Assembly (NCBI RefSeq): GCF_000002075.1
Contig: NW_004797725.1
Coordinates: forward strand, 298,527 to 360,958
DNA length: 62,432 nt
Source of the DNA: Aplysia californica
Taxonomy: Eukaryota
Reading direction: 5' to 3'
The notes beneath the pieces are model-generated. The model saw nothing but the letters and a program-made list of their open reading frames with translations, had not been told where the DNA came from and searched no databases. Below are positions 13,105-25,838 of this stretch, piece after piece (positions within the stretch are counted from its first letter, which is position 1; the number at the start of each line of letters is the position of its first letter). The position numbers and the translations under genes are program-made.

Positions 13105-13744
13105 GTTGTAGGGCGCTTCCACAGTGGATCCTACATTTCTTTCCCAGTCTTTTCTGTTTGCCTTACTTTTCACACGCTTTAAATAGCCATTATTGTGTTT
13201 CAATGAGTTTCTCTCCACTCAAGGTCCAGTTTTCCTTTATCATTTCAGTGTCATTATCATCAGTGAGCAAGCCTATACAACTGGTGGTTTTCTCTCCCCC
13301 CCCCGAATCTATCTCTTCTTTGTTATTTCTTGGCAATTGCCCATTTGTTTGAGCACGTTGTAGGCCTAGACATACCTCAATGGGGTCTTCCAGTACTTGT
13401 ACTTCCACGTAATTTTGTGCGTTCTTTACTCATGCTCTCATGCTAAAAGAAGTACTAGAGTCTGTACGTAGAAGTTAATTAAAAACCCTTTCCCATGACA
13501 ATTAGAAGACTTGAGTTTGATTTCTGAATGGGGAAGTTAAAAAAAAACAAAAAACATGTAGGCCTATCTATTAATATTAAAACGTGTAGGCTGTCTTCCA
13601 GAAAGATGAATGGTCTACAAGAAGAATACCCGAGCACGACTGTATGAATACCTACTATAAAAACCCTCTTTTTTACTACATTTTGTATAAACCTCCATTA
13701 TGGACTCGGGGATTTGTAAGAGATCGGACTCGGGGATTTATGGA

Positions 13745-13782
<38 letters not shown>

Positions 13783-16700
13783 NNNNNNNNNNNNNNNNNN
13801 NNNNNNNNNNNNNNNNNNNNNNNNNNNNNNNNNNNNNNNNNNNNNNNNNNNNNNNNNNNNNNNNNNNNNNNNNNNNNNNNNNNNNNNNNNNNNNNNNNNN
13901 NNNNNNNNNNNNNNNNNNNNNNNNNNNNNNNNNNNNNNNNNNNNNNNNNNNNNNNNNNNNNNNNNNNNNNNNNNNNNNNNNNNNNNNNNNNNNNNNNNNN
14001 NNNNNNNNNNNNNNNNNNNNNNNNNNNNNNNNNNNNNNGGGGGGTTCAAAGGCCCAGCCGGTGGGATCAAAGTAAAATTTCAAAGATCGCTTGTCCTATC
14101 GGCAAGCAGTGGTCAAAACTTCACACCTCTCAATTGCTATCCTGTCTGATAATGACATGCGTCAGTCTTACTTATCCAATTACCACCAGTGCTTGCTTTT
14201 CACAGGACCACTGTTTGACCTATTAAAAACAGAAACATTTGAACATCTCCATTACTTCCACCCTTAGCCCCACCCACTGGTGTAACAAGCACAGTCAACC
14301 AATGCCATCCCTCACTGCCATCATGTAATTGTTAACAACGATTCGAGGAACTCTTTTCTCGGCTGGTCGTACGATCAGGGTGGCAGGCATTGGTCAAACT
14401 AATTTCACACCTCTGGCTTCTGGCTACCCAGGAAAGTTTGCGTAGTGGCTCGCTACTCCAGCACTCTCATGGGCAGTAGTGAGATTTCCCATCCACACTA
14501 CACTGCTGACCATCTGCATCGCTCAGGGCTCACATGAGGGGTAACATCCATCCCCAAATTGCACCCATACTCCCCTTCCTCGCCCGCGGCATGGTCATAG
14601 CGTTAAGTTTAGAGCCGGCGGAACCAAACTTGCAAGATTTGTTTCAAATCAGGGCTGAACTGCCAAAGCATTTTCCGTCTTAGACAGGTGAAACCCTCGG
14701 AAGGGAGCGGATTTTTCTTTCCGTTCCCGCGTTGGACAGGTTTCCGTTTTATACAGGTAATTAAAGAGGAAATATCAAGGGGGGAGCGGGGAGATTCCGT
14801 TAATGGAGGTTTCCGTTAAGGCAGGTTCGACTGTAGGCTACTTACCAGCCCCGTTTCTTCTGTTGGCACGTGAGCTTAACAAGTTTCAAACAACTTATAC
14901 TGTCACATGTTCTATGTTTTCCCAATTCTATCAGTGTAGGCCTACACATTAATCAGAGACCTAGCAATTTGTTTACATTGCAAGATCTCTGCATTAATCC
15001 AGGAAGAACCCCCACCCCCCTTCCCAATACCTAGACTCTACTAATACTAATACTTCCAAAAGTATACTCAAGTCATAGATCATATAGATAGAAGGCATAG
15101 ATCTATCAACCACTGTTGAAAAGGATTCCGTTTTGCTACATTGGGGCTCCTGATCTTGTTTCCAAAGTGACTTTCACCATTGAAAGATGCTGAAGTCAAA
15201 TGCCCCTTTTCGCTTCGACTTACTCACTTAGAACATGAGTAGGCCTCTATAAGTTCGTTTGAAACAGACTGGGTCCGCGCTTGAAAGAGGGTATTTTTTT
15301 TTGTCGTTGCGTGGGACTTTAGTGGGAGCAAAGTTTAGGTGGCTGATTGACGACAGCGCTCCGTTTTTCTGTTGCTGGAAAGGTAGGCCTATCTCTTGCT
15401 TACAGAGAATTGAAACTAAACACTGTAGTAGTATACATCACGTACATTAGTGGGCTACATTGTTCTAGTAGTAAGGCACCTTCCTTGATAACGAAAGACT
15501 GTCACTCAAGAGCAACAAAGCCTCGTGAATGTCCATGTCCATGCTCTTGAAAGTGCACCTGTGCAGGAGGAGAGTCCCAGTCGTCCTACATTTTAAAACT
15601 TTGTTGTTGTTTTTTTTTCAGCCCCTCCCTTCACATTCACACTACACCTATATCAGCACACTCTCCCCCTCCTTCTTTCTTTCCCCCAAGAGGATGCGTA
15701 CGAATGTGTCACATCTTCCACACCCACGCCACGCCTCAACATTTATAGTTTCAACAGCACTAGATTCTAGTAGTAACACACGTATATGATATTATGTAGC
15801 CTACATGATGACGTGTCTAAATAAAGAGTAGGACCTCCGTATAAAAAATCAATTTCTGGATGCGGAATGGAAACCAAAGAAAACTCTTACATGATGTACC
15901 ATAAAGCCTATACTTTGAACACTGACTGATGGTCACAGATAATGCGCTCTGCACGGTATCAACAGCAGTGGCAACAATAAAGCCACCAGTAACATCAAAT
16001 TAATTACTACATGTAACATCCAAATTGCTCACAGACTCACAGTCACAGCTACTGTTGAAATAGGATTCTGAGATTTAAAAGTAAAAGAAAAAAAACTCTT
16101 TACTTACTTTGCACTCAGAAAACATAGAGCTACCCCCCCCCCCCCCGTTTTTTCAGTGCAGTATAGAATATTATCCACTTTCGTAGGAACAATCATANNN
16201 NNNNNNNNNNNNNNNNNNNNNNNNNNNNNNNNNNNNNNNNNNNNNNNNNNNNNNNNNNNNNNNNNNNNNNNNNNNNNNNNNNNNNNNNNNNNNNNNNNNN
16301 NNNNNNNNNNNNNNNNNNNNNNNNNNNNNNNNNNNNNNNNNNNNNNNNNNNNNNNNNNNNNNNNNNNNNNNNNNNNNNNNAGGGTTGTTGGCAGAGTTAG
16401 CATATATTTATATATATATAGAATTTATATGTTGTATCATGCATCTCCCCTCGACTCTCAATAACGGCAACAGAGGATGAAAAGTAAAGAGAAAGGAAGA
16501 ACTATGAGGGCAGAACTACTATGTCAAAGTGTGATAGTTGCTAAGGTCGGCTCACAATTTAATTGACCACCAAAATAGCAGTTCGTGATGTGGTCTCAAT
16601 GTAAATATTGAAATGTTCCCAATGATTGAAAGACATATTCTGTGATGATGAAAGGATGCTTATGAACTCAAAAGTGTTCTTCAGTTTAAGTTTTATAGCA

Positions 16701-17501
16701 CTTGGGGCAAAAATAAGGCATTTAGGTGCTGTAGAATAGAGGTGTTTACTAGAGAGAAAAAGCACCCCGCCCCCCGCCCCCCAAAAAAGGGAGGAAAAAA
16801 AATAATAAAATAGGGTGCCAGGCTAACCAAGAACATGGTAACTGGAGTACACTGTTTATACAACTTAGCCAAATCTTGAATTATCTTGACAGAATTAATT
16901 AATAAAGATTCCCTGGAGAAGACTAGAATAACCTCTTTAATCTGTTGACAGTGGCATACATCATCTACGTAAAAGTAAAATGACTTTTAAAAAAGCCTCA
17001 TTGTCTTTAACTCTTTGAGTCGTGACCTCCTGAGGCTACTGTGCCCCTTTGCTGCCTGAGTACCTGAGCAATATGATGTTGTACTAACATTCATGTGATC
17101 GTCAGAATCACATTCCACACACGGTAGTCCACATCATTACTAGCAAGCATATTATTCAGAAAGATCTTCAAAATAATTAGTAACGTCCTGAGTAGTAAAC
17201 ATGCTACATGGTTTCCAGCGCATGTTTTGTTCCAGGCGGGTTGCGCTGGGGATAGGGTCTCGCTCACTGCAGTACCAGTGGCTAGACATATGGGCAGTTT
17301 TACGCGCCACCAGTGAGGGCTCAAAGAGTAAGTTAAAAAATCCCCACAGAATATGCATGCACGCATGTAGCCTAGATGTATCATATATAAAAAATAATCC
17401 AGTTTGTTTCAAACGTCATCTTTAATTTCTTAACCAAAGCATTTCTGGAACACGAAAAACATACAGAGAAAAGGTACGATACAGAAAAAAAATCTGTACA
17501 T

Positions 17502-17507
17502 TTTATT
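17502..17507 (-). terminator. Candidate AATAAA poly(A) signal of HIGD2A
   Basis: tttatt on +, ~600 nt downstream of the HIGD2A stop codon. Confidence 0.35.
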
Positions 17508-18112
17508 TTAACCCATCGTCATGACATTAATAAAACATTTTTACAAAGGCAGACAGCTTAGATTTCGCTGTAAAATAATTTTAACAATTCCGTACACACG
17601 AAAGTACGAAAAAGCAGAAAGCAAACACTTAGCAAACAGGTCTGCATTTTCATTTTTCCACACTTACTTTCATTCTATCTAGCACTTCTCAGACAGGGAG
17701 ATTATATATACAATTTACCAGTCATTCATTCTACCATCATCTGCTAATAAAAATACTAAAGTACCGTTCTAATCACACTAGATAAGAGGTACATAATGCA
17801 TAAACATGACATTGATACCAACAGGAATTATTTTATGAGCTCTGTTTCCATTTTTCACTTCCTTCCTGGGTTAGTTTTTCATTTCCACAGAGCAAAGGTG
17901 TGTCATCACACTGACAGGCTTTGCAGCCCACCGAAGAAAATTATGGCGGGTCTACACATTGTCAACTGTCACGGGTAATCTTTCTTTACAGTAGTGAGCA
18001 AATGAGACTAGTGACATCCATACACCTAGGCTTTCCTTCCTGCTATGAAGATAAGATTATAGGCCTACCGTACTTAGGCAAAATAATTCAGACTCACAGA
18101 TGTTCAAAAGGC

Positions 18113-18285
18113 CTATGAATTGTTATTTGATCCTTTGGTATTGTAGTACACTCCAGCCAACATAGCAAACACAGCAAAAGCTTGACCACCAACTCGAAGA
18201 CGCATTAACAGTTGTGTTTTCTTGGCATTCCCTGTTCGCAATGTTGACAAGCCCATTCCTAGGACAACAGTAGTAAAAACGACAC
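18113..18285 (-). CDS. HIGD2A: HIG1 domain family member 2A, exon 2
   Basis: Acceptor ttcctttctCAG. Translates (G)VVFTTVVLGMGLSTLRTGNAKKTQLLMRLRVGGQAFAVFAMLAGVYYNTKGSNNNS*, with the HIG1 QxxMRxRVxxQ motif and two TM helices. Absent from the ORF track. Confidence 0.93.
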
Positions 18286-19082
18286 CTGAGAAAGGAAAAA
18301 AATAAATTTGAATTTTAAATGCTAGAAAAAAATTAACTGCTTTGCATAGATCTTAATGTCTCTATGAGAAAAAACTATCATATTGGCAGAAGTGCAATGT
18401 TATCTATGTTAAAATCAATGGCCTAAAATCGAGTTGTTTTCAAAATGGTGAAGCAATCCCAACCGGTTACTTAATCACACAAAGAGCCAGTCGGGAAACC
18501 AACAATAGCTGCCAGGTATGCTGATGATCCTCAGTGGGAATGACAATACATAGAATTTTTTTTTTTTTAAACCCAGAAGACCACTAAACCCAAAGAATAA
18601 ACAGAATCGACCCCCCCCCCCCCCCCACATCCCTTTTCTCCCTATCACTCAGGGAAGGAAAAATTAACAGCTAATCAATCATTTCACATTGGCTTAAATT
18701 CTTAGATCATTATTTATCATGGGGTCACAAAATTAGGGCAGATGAGCCAGTACGGCCCACAAGCAGGGGCGGTTCGTGGGTCTAAAAAGTGGGCGTGCAC
18801 AATTAAGCTATCTTAGGCTGAAGATAATCAAGGGCAGAGTAAATGGGATGGTGTATAATTTTAGGATCTTTGGGTTGGTGAAGGAACACCTTGNNNNNNN
18901 NNNNNNNNNNNNNNNNNNNNNNNNNNNNNNNNNNNNNNNNNNNNNNNNNNNNNNNNNNNNNNNNNNNNNNNNNNNNNNNNNNNNNNNNNNNNNTTTTTTT
19001 TAGTACAAGCTGCTATGTACAGCTCATCCAAGTAGGAGAATGTAGATGTTGTTGGAATTTATGATGTCCTTATTGTTTTCAG

Positions 19083-19163
19083 ATCATTGGGTCCCTCCGT
19101 CATCTCTTCATCCCTGTATTCTTCAACTGCCTGCTTGCCAAAACTGCCATGCAGAATATGTTT
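19083..19163 (+). CDS. KCNT1: KCNT/Slo2 (Slack/Slick) Na+-activated K+ channel, S4-region exon
   Basis: ttgttttcAG ... |GTAAGT. 81 nt, phase 0/0: IIGSLRHLFIPVFFNCLLAKTAMQNMF, matching the KCNT motif LRNLFIPVFLNCWLAKxALENM (recalled, not searched). Confidence 0.85.
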
Positions 19164-19429
19164 GTAAGTTCTTAGCTTTTGTTTCCACAAGGTTCAAAGT
19201 GTTATGCCAAGAATGTGAACTGCAAAATTTAAGTATCTACATCCTGAAAAGTGCTGCGACTATTTTTAGTGGATGTAAATGCTAGTACAGAGTGGAGTAG
19301 ATGTCCATGATCGCCCACGCCAGTCGGCAAGGCACCGGATAATGATGATGGAATGCAAGTACAGCTGAACCTGATGAAGACTATCATCCATTGTTGAGGA
19401 GAAAAGTAGTCATCTGAGACAGGTTTTGT

Positions 19430-19605
19430 TTAGTTAGTAAGAGTTTAACAGCAATTGCAACACAATAAGGCCATATATGTGCCGAAGATTAGAGGTGTTA
19501 CGAGAGAGTAACAAACATAAAAAGGAAGGAGGAGAGATCAGGACGACAGATGTTTGGTAAGAAAGAAGGAGCAAACCACACCAGAGCACCCGCTAACCAC
19601 CCATA
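19430..19605 (-). mobile_element. ~185-bp retroposon family B (no tRNA head, LINE-like 3' tail); other copies ~22835-22890, 23085-23225, 25756-26732 (split), 28505-28676, 39525-39698, 40590-40780, 47505-47687, 59595-59765
   Basis: Recurrent sequence. On - it starts GTGGGTGGTTGGCGGG and ends GGCGCTCATATGACCTTATGCAGTTGCGAGCGCCGTAAAACC plus a short-repeat tail. TSDs visible at two copies. Confidence 0.8.
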
Positions 19606-20575
19606 CTGAGACAGGTGACCCTCAAGAAGAATTAATGTCTTAAGCTAATGGACTCCTGACCCCGATATAATGAGGTGCAGCTAAAATGGTCGCTTTTAGC
19701 ATAAGGGAGCTATCCTGATGCTGTTTTGAGAAAATCGAAGGTTAAGTTTTTGCCCCTAGCCTTGTTCAGTTTTTTAAAAAGACAAAGAGCACTTCTCCTA
19801 TTGGTAGGGTAATTCACACTTTTAGTGTGGGTCAAAATCTGGGTAGCCCGCTTGTCCATAAAAGCGACCAAATTATGTCCTTGCCCCGAGACCTGGATAT
19901 TTCAGGGTTTGGGGTAACCTTTTTTTCCCACGCATCTACCCAGAAGTAGACAGACAAACAGGTTGACACACCAAACAGCAGTATTGGAGATAGGAGGGTG
20001 GGAACAAATTTATTACTTTATGTGTTTTGCAGGAGTACTTATGCAATACTAACTAGCATGCCTGCTTTTCTTGAATTTTTCTTGAAAACTCGGGGGTGGG
20101 GGGGGAGAGTGGTTTTTAGGCCAGGGAGTCTAGCGTTCGTTGGGTTTTCATTGTTCTCCCCATACTTAACTTGGTCTTTTTGCAGGAGGATTTGAAACTG
20201 TTAGGCCACACCTTTTAACTCTTTGAAGACGTAGCGCCCACATAATTCTGTCCGACCATCAGCACATAAAAGGCAATGTTGCTGCACTTTCGAAATCATC
20301 ATGCACAAATCAGAGACTTGAGCTTTTCATTCTTTTTTTTTTTTTTTTGCTTTCCTCATTAAAGTTGTAGACAACTGCAAAAGAATCGAAAAATCTACAC
20401 GAATAACGAAGTTATGGATCTTTTTGAGAAAAAAAACACTTCAAAACAGCACGTCCCCATTTGTCAAGTGGTGTTGAACACATACAATCATCAGACTACA
20501 GCCTGAAATCTTTTTTTTTAAAATTAACCTAGCATTTAATCACTTTTTTATGACTTTTTAATACCTTTTTCTCAG

Positions 20576-20670
20576 AATGACCTTCATCGGGTGATGCAGA
20601 AGTCCCAGTCTGCCCTCGCTCAACAGCTGTTGGTCCTGGGTGCTACCATAGGCTGCCTCGTCTTCATTGG
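20576..20670 (+). CDS. KCNT1: KCNT/Slo2 K+ channel, S4-S5 linker/S5 exon
   Basis: tttttctcAG ... GG|GTGAGT. 95 nt: NDLHRVMQKSQSALAQQLLVLGATIGCLVFIG, matching invertebrate Slo2 NDLHRAMQKSQSALSQQL..L..CLVF. In frame with the previous exon. Confidence 0.87.
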
Positions 20671-22189
20671 GTGAGTCAGAGTTTGACAGAGTAATTGTGA
20701 GGCATCGGAGTGAAATCAGGCGCTCGTCAAAATAACAAAATTGGAGCAACAGGCATTTTCCCACCAGTTTCGCAATTTTAATCTTATTTTTTTTTTGGTC
20801 CAACCCTTTTATGTCCAAATAAAAACACATTTCCATGTGAATTATATTAAAAAGCGTTGAATAAAAACTCCAAATATGTAATTTTTCAGATTTCAAGGAC
20901 TCTTTAGCTAATTAAGTTACCAAACTTTTGTGGCCATTTTCTCGCTATTTTTACCGCTGAAACCAAGTGAACTTATCTCTTTCAATCACAAATATCTTCA
21001 CTTTTTCTCAAGATAGATAGGTATTTTTTTCATCAAAAGCAAGAAAAATTAACAAGCTTTGAGATAATACCAATAACTCTACATGCACAAAAAATTGACG
21101 TGCGCCCGATTCCGCCACGTGGTGACACAATTGTNNNNNNNNNNNNNNNNNNNNNNNNNNNNNNNNNNNNNNNNNNNNNNNNNNNNNNNNNNNNNNNNNN
21201 NNNNNNNNNNNNNNNNNNNNNNNNNNNNNNNNNNNNNNNNNNNNNNNNNNNNNNNNNNNNNNNNNNNNNNNNNNNNNNNNNNNNNNNNNNNNNNNNNNNN
21301 NNNNTCTAAAAAGTGGGCGTGCACAATTGAGCTTTCTTAGACTGAAGATAATCAAGGGCAGAGTAAATGGGATGGTGAATAATTTTAGGATCTTTGGGTC
21401 GGTGCAGGAAGAACTAGTGCTTTTATTTTCATTCTTTTTACTTGTGGCTTTGACTTCTAGAACTAAATCTGTTTGTTAGCTAAACTTCAATTTCATTCAT
21501 CCTGCATTAGAACTGAACACTCAAGTAATACCTTTCACCACTCCACTACAAAACCGTTCAAAAGCACAACTCATAGGACGGTGACTTAAGTATGTCACGT
21601 TTACCTCCCTCAGGTTCACGGTCACAGAGTCACTTAAAATAGCGACAAGACAATGAACCAATCACAATTCTCTTGAGCACTCCGCTGGATTGCTCCGGGG
21701 CCCACATAATTTTGGCATGGAATAGTGCACAGTCTATGGTGTTTATTTTTAGATTGCCTACCATGGGCTATGTTTCGACGCTATGCAGCAAGAGCACATT
21801 TGAGATGTGCCGTCTTATTAATATTAATGTACCGCCAAACTCACTACAAGTGTCGTCATCGCTTGGGTTATCCCAAAGAGCCATTTATAGGTCAGGTTTC
21901 CACTGTTGACTATCCTGTTATGTTTAGATACAGCGCATGAACTTAGGAATGGCATAGTAGATTTTTACGACGCTATAGAATAGAAATGACAGTTACAGCG
22001 CCAGCGAGGGCCTTGTTTTGATCTAATATTTGGCTAGTGTTTGTTCCTGGCGTCTTTTATTCTATTATTGTGGGTGCTTTACGTCATAGAACATTAAAAC
22101 ATTGTGGGCAGCACTGCACGACCGTGCTCTATGGACGAACCGCCCTGATGATGATGATGATGACGACGACGATGATGATGATGACAATG

Positions 22190-22515
22190 ATAATAATAGA
22201 TCTTGTTTAGCGCAAATCCCAGCTCAACAGCAAGCTCTATGCGCTTCACAATCTATACTATTACCCCAGAAGACCTGGGAGCATTCTGAAATAACCTCAA
22301 CTTCCTGGAAGCTGCAAACAGCCTTTTATAAGCACTAAAACTCTAACATACTGACATGATCTTTCGCTGTTTATGGCCAAGTACCTATTTTCACCTGGGT
22401 GAAGTGAGGAAAATTCGTGTACAGTACCTTTCCCAAGGACACAACGTCGGGCCCGCGGCTGGCGGGAACCCCCGAACCCACAGCCTCACGATTACGAGAC
22501 CGGTAGCCTAACCAC
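22190..22515 (-). mobile_element. tRNA-derived SINE with conserved core and L2-type tail; a second SINE head starts on + at ~22518
   Basis: On -: tRNA-like head (GGTTAGGCT...GGGTTCG), core GTGTCCTTGGGAAAG...TTCACCCAGGTG, tail TGTGAAGCGCATAGAGC...ATTATTAT next to a (GAT)n tract at 22147-22195. Confidence 0.6.
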
Positions 22516-22663
22516 ATCGTTGGTCTAGTGGTTAGACTGCTGGTCTCACAACCAAAAGGCTGTNNNNNNNNNNNNNNNNNNNNNNNNNNNNNNNNNNNNN
22601 NNNNNNNNNNNNNNNNNNNNNNNNNNNNNNNNNNNNNNNNNNNNNNNNNNNNNNNNNNNNNNN

Positions 22664-22822
22664 GGGTGTACCATCTGCTGTCTGATGTGACGGACAGTGC
22701 AGGTTCGAGTTGCCACGGCTGTTCTGGTTATAGCCCGGTCCTCTCGTCGTGTGGTGCACGTGGCGGTCCGGATCTTTTTCGCTCAACAGCAGTTCCAGTT
22801 GCAGCAACCTGGTCTCTCAGTC
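22664..22822 (-). mobile_element. Tc1-type transposase HTH fragment, frameshifted
   Basis: Translates LRDQVAATGTAVERKRSGPPR / TTRREDRAITRTAVATRTCTVRHIRQQM, matching the Tc1 pattern TG..DRxRSGRPRxTTxREDR. Confidence 0.65.
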
Positions 22823-23920
22823 TTTTAGCTTTTAGTTTTAGTAGAGGGTTTTACGGCGCTCGCAACTGCATAAGGCCTTCTTATGAGCGCCAAGGGGTGG
22901 GTGTCAACAAATCTTTACAGGGAATCAGACACTTTGCTCACCTTTCTAGATTCTACAGCACAAAGTCTGCTTTGACTATCAAGGCACCCCGGAAATAGCA
23001 GGTCACAAGAGTGATAAACACACAAAAGAAGTAGAGGAAAATGACAATAGTAAGGATTAGGAAGTTGTTGTGTTTTTGTTTTTTGTTTTTAAGTGTTTTA
23101 CGGCACTTGCAACATAATAAGGTCATATAAGTGCCGAAGATCAGAGGTGTTACAAGAGAATAACAAACATAAAAAAAGAAGAAGGGGAGATAAGGACGAT
23201 AGATGTTTGATAGGAAAGAAGAAGTAAAAAAAAAAAAACAAACTTGGAAGATGTGTCTGTAGTGGTCTCAAGACTTGGTCCCCAATATAATTTTGTCATT
23301 TCATTGAACTCTTCACTGAAATTTAAGAAGCTTTTATAGACTTCATAACTTATTCATAACTTATGAACAACATCTCATTATAATTTTCTTGCCTATGACT
23401 ATGAAACTTCAATTATTAGACATCTAAAGTAAAACTATGTCATGACAACAATAAATTCATAAGAGTCACGACGCGGTGGAACAAGGCACTCGTCAATTTT
23501 TTATCATGAGGAGTTATTGGTATTATCTAAAAGTTTGTTCATTTGCCTTGTTTTTGATGAATAAAAAATACCCCTGATTGAAGAAGGTGGCGGTCATCAG
23601 GTTCAGAGGTAAAGTTAGCAAGAAATTTTGACCACTGCTCGCTGACCGGACAAGCAACCCTTGATCCCACCGGCTGGGCCTCTGAACCCCCCCCCCCCCC
23701 CCCCTTTCCATCTCCCCCTAAAATCCTGCCTAAGACGGAAAATGTCTAAAACTGAATTTTCTTCTCTCTGGCTCCCTTGCGATTCCGTCTTACACAGGTT
23801 CAACGTATATTATGAGGCAGAGTGGTGAACTAAGGCGCTCTTAAATGAAAGAAATCTGCATTTATTTTTGGGCCGACTGGCAATTAAAAAAAAATTGGGG
23901 GGCTTAACACCTTTTAAATA

Positions 23921-24737
23921 CAGTCCGTGCTGGCTATAAGCACGCCGGCTTAAAGCACGTTTTGGACTTAAGCACGCTAAACGGCTCTTACCGAATTTTT
24001 GCTATATATGAATTACACGCCTTTAAGCACGTTAACTTTGGCTTTAGGCACGCTTCATTACAACAACAAGACAGTCAATACTTTCACATTGACCCATCGA
24101 AGTTCGAACACAGTCTACACCGCAGCAGTGGAGTGTGATAAGAGAAACACAGAGAACGCAAGTGATGCCAGTGATGGAGACACACACTCACATGGGCGGA
24201 GAGGAAGGCAGAGAGATGCACACAGCCACGCGCGTGGACATAGGATCTAGCCTAGGGCAAAGTTACACACAGACTGAAAAATACAAAGAGAGTCGGGGAG
24301 ACGAGAAAGGGCGGCTGGCTGCGATTTCACCTTTGACCCTCGCTATACTATCCATTAATCCTGATTGTGTATCACGCACGAGGTGGGATGAAGGCGGTGG
24401 TATGAATGTGGCACAGCGGGCAGTGGTACGCACAGGCAGCGTGTAGGCCTAGTGTGCTGTATGGTGACTGGCTGTCTAAATTAAGTTTTCATTTCCCATT
24501 CGACCACAAAACAAAAACAAACAAGCAAACAAAAACTACCATGGCGGGTAAAAATACCAGTGCACACTTTTGCAGGACCGCTATAGTATAGGCCTACTTA
24601 CAAACAAAGGGAAATAGCACGCGAAATTTTCTACCTGAAAATCTCTGGATTATGTCTACTTCGCACTCAAGCACGCTTCGGATTTAAGCACGCTTATGCT
24701 TTCTCCCGATGACTGTGCTTAAAGCCGGCATGGACTG
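23921..24737. mobile_element. pogo/Tigger-like MITE nested in a family-A MITE
   Basis: TIR CAGTCCGTGCTGGCTATAAGCAC / GTGCTTAAAGCCGGCATGGACTG, TA on both sides, subterminal TTAAGCACG repeats. Confidence 0.8.
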
Positions 24738-25438
24738 TACCCATTTAAGAACGTTTTTTGTGTGGATTTTACTGAAAAACATTGATTAGGCACAAAAAAT
24801 GTAAATTTTCAGTTTCCAAGGACTCTCAGGCTATAGAAGTTACCACTTTGGCAGCCATTTTCTCGCTTATTTTACCTCTGAAACCAGGCGACCCTTACCT
24901 ACTTCAATTGCAAATATTTCGACTTCTATTCAACATACATGGATATATTTTTTTTTCACCAAAAGGAAGGCAAATGAACAGGTTTTACTCTGGTTTTAAG
25001 ATGATACCAATAGCCCCATATAATATGCCCAAAAATTGACGAGCGCCTGATTCCACCACATCGTGACACATATATAAAATATCTGGTCTATTTTTAGAGT
25101 CATGACGTACAATGAGGGGGTAGCAAGTATATGATGCCATATATTTGCTTAATTGTATAAGACTAAAGCCACCAAGTTCCGAATGTATGAAAGAATGTCA
25201 AATACAATGAATGAAGATTACATGATAGGCGACTCATGCCACTGGCTAGCCATGTTACTGAGAGTAAAAAATTTGTCATGCTGACGGTTCCCTATTTGGG
25301 TTACGACGGGCTGGGAGAGTTAATTCTAGTATCACTGAGCATGGATGGGGTACAGAATATATCAGTAGCAATCAACTCACTGCATACATACTGATCTCTC
25401 GAAGTAGAAAGGCAGTTAAAGGAAGAAAGGTTGTTGGG

Positions 25439-25476
<38 letters not shown>

Positions 25477-25838
25477 CTTATTTATATAATCATATGATTA
25501 GCTGACATTCTGACAAATAACTGTCAGCGGTTTATGAAAGTCTGAATGATATGAAGTCTATCCCACTGGAGAACCTTACCGGTGCATTTTTCTGTAACTC
25601 ATCCCATTACGACAAGGAAAACAACTTTTATTTAGTGGAAGACTCTGAGTCAACTGAGTGAGCGGGATGGAGGACGGAAAAGTAATCATACAAGGGTAGA
25701 TAAGAACCGAAGGGTAAGATTTGATTCCGTGCGTGTGGTGGCTGAACCAAGTTGTTGGTTTAGTTTTAGAAGAGGTTTTACGGCGCTCGCAACTGCACAA
25801 GGTCATATGAGCGCCAGAAGATTAGAGCTGTTACAAGA

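Noticed and set aside
13190-13445. Exon-like acidic ORF on -
   Set aside because: Flanked by in-frame stops, no partner exons, no recognisable family.
19341-19417. ATGATGA...CTGA as a possible C/D snoRNA
   Set aside because: No terminal stem or rRNA-complementary guide identified; these words are common by chance.
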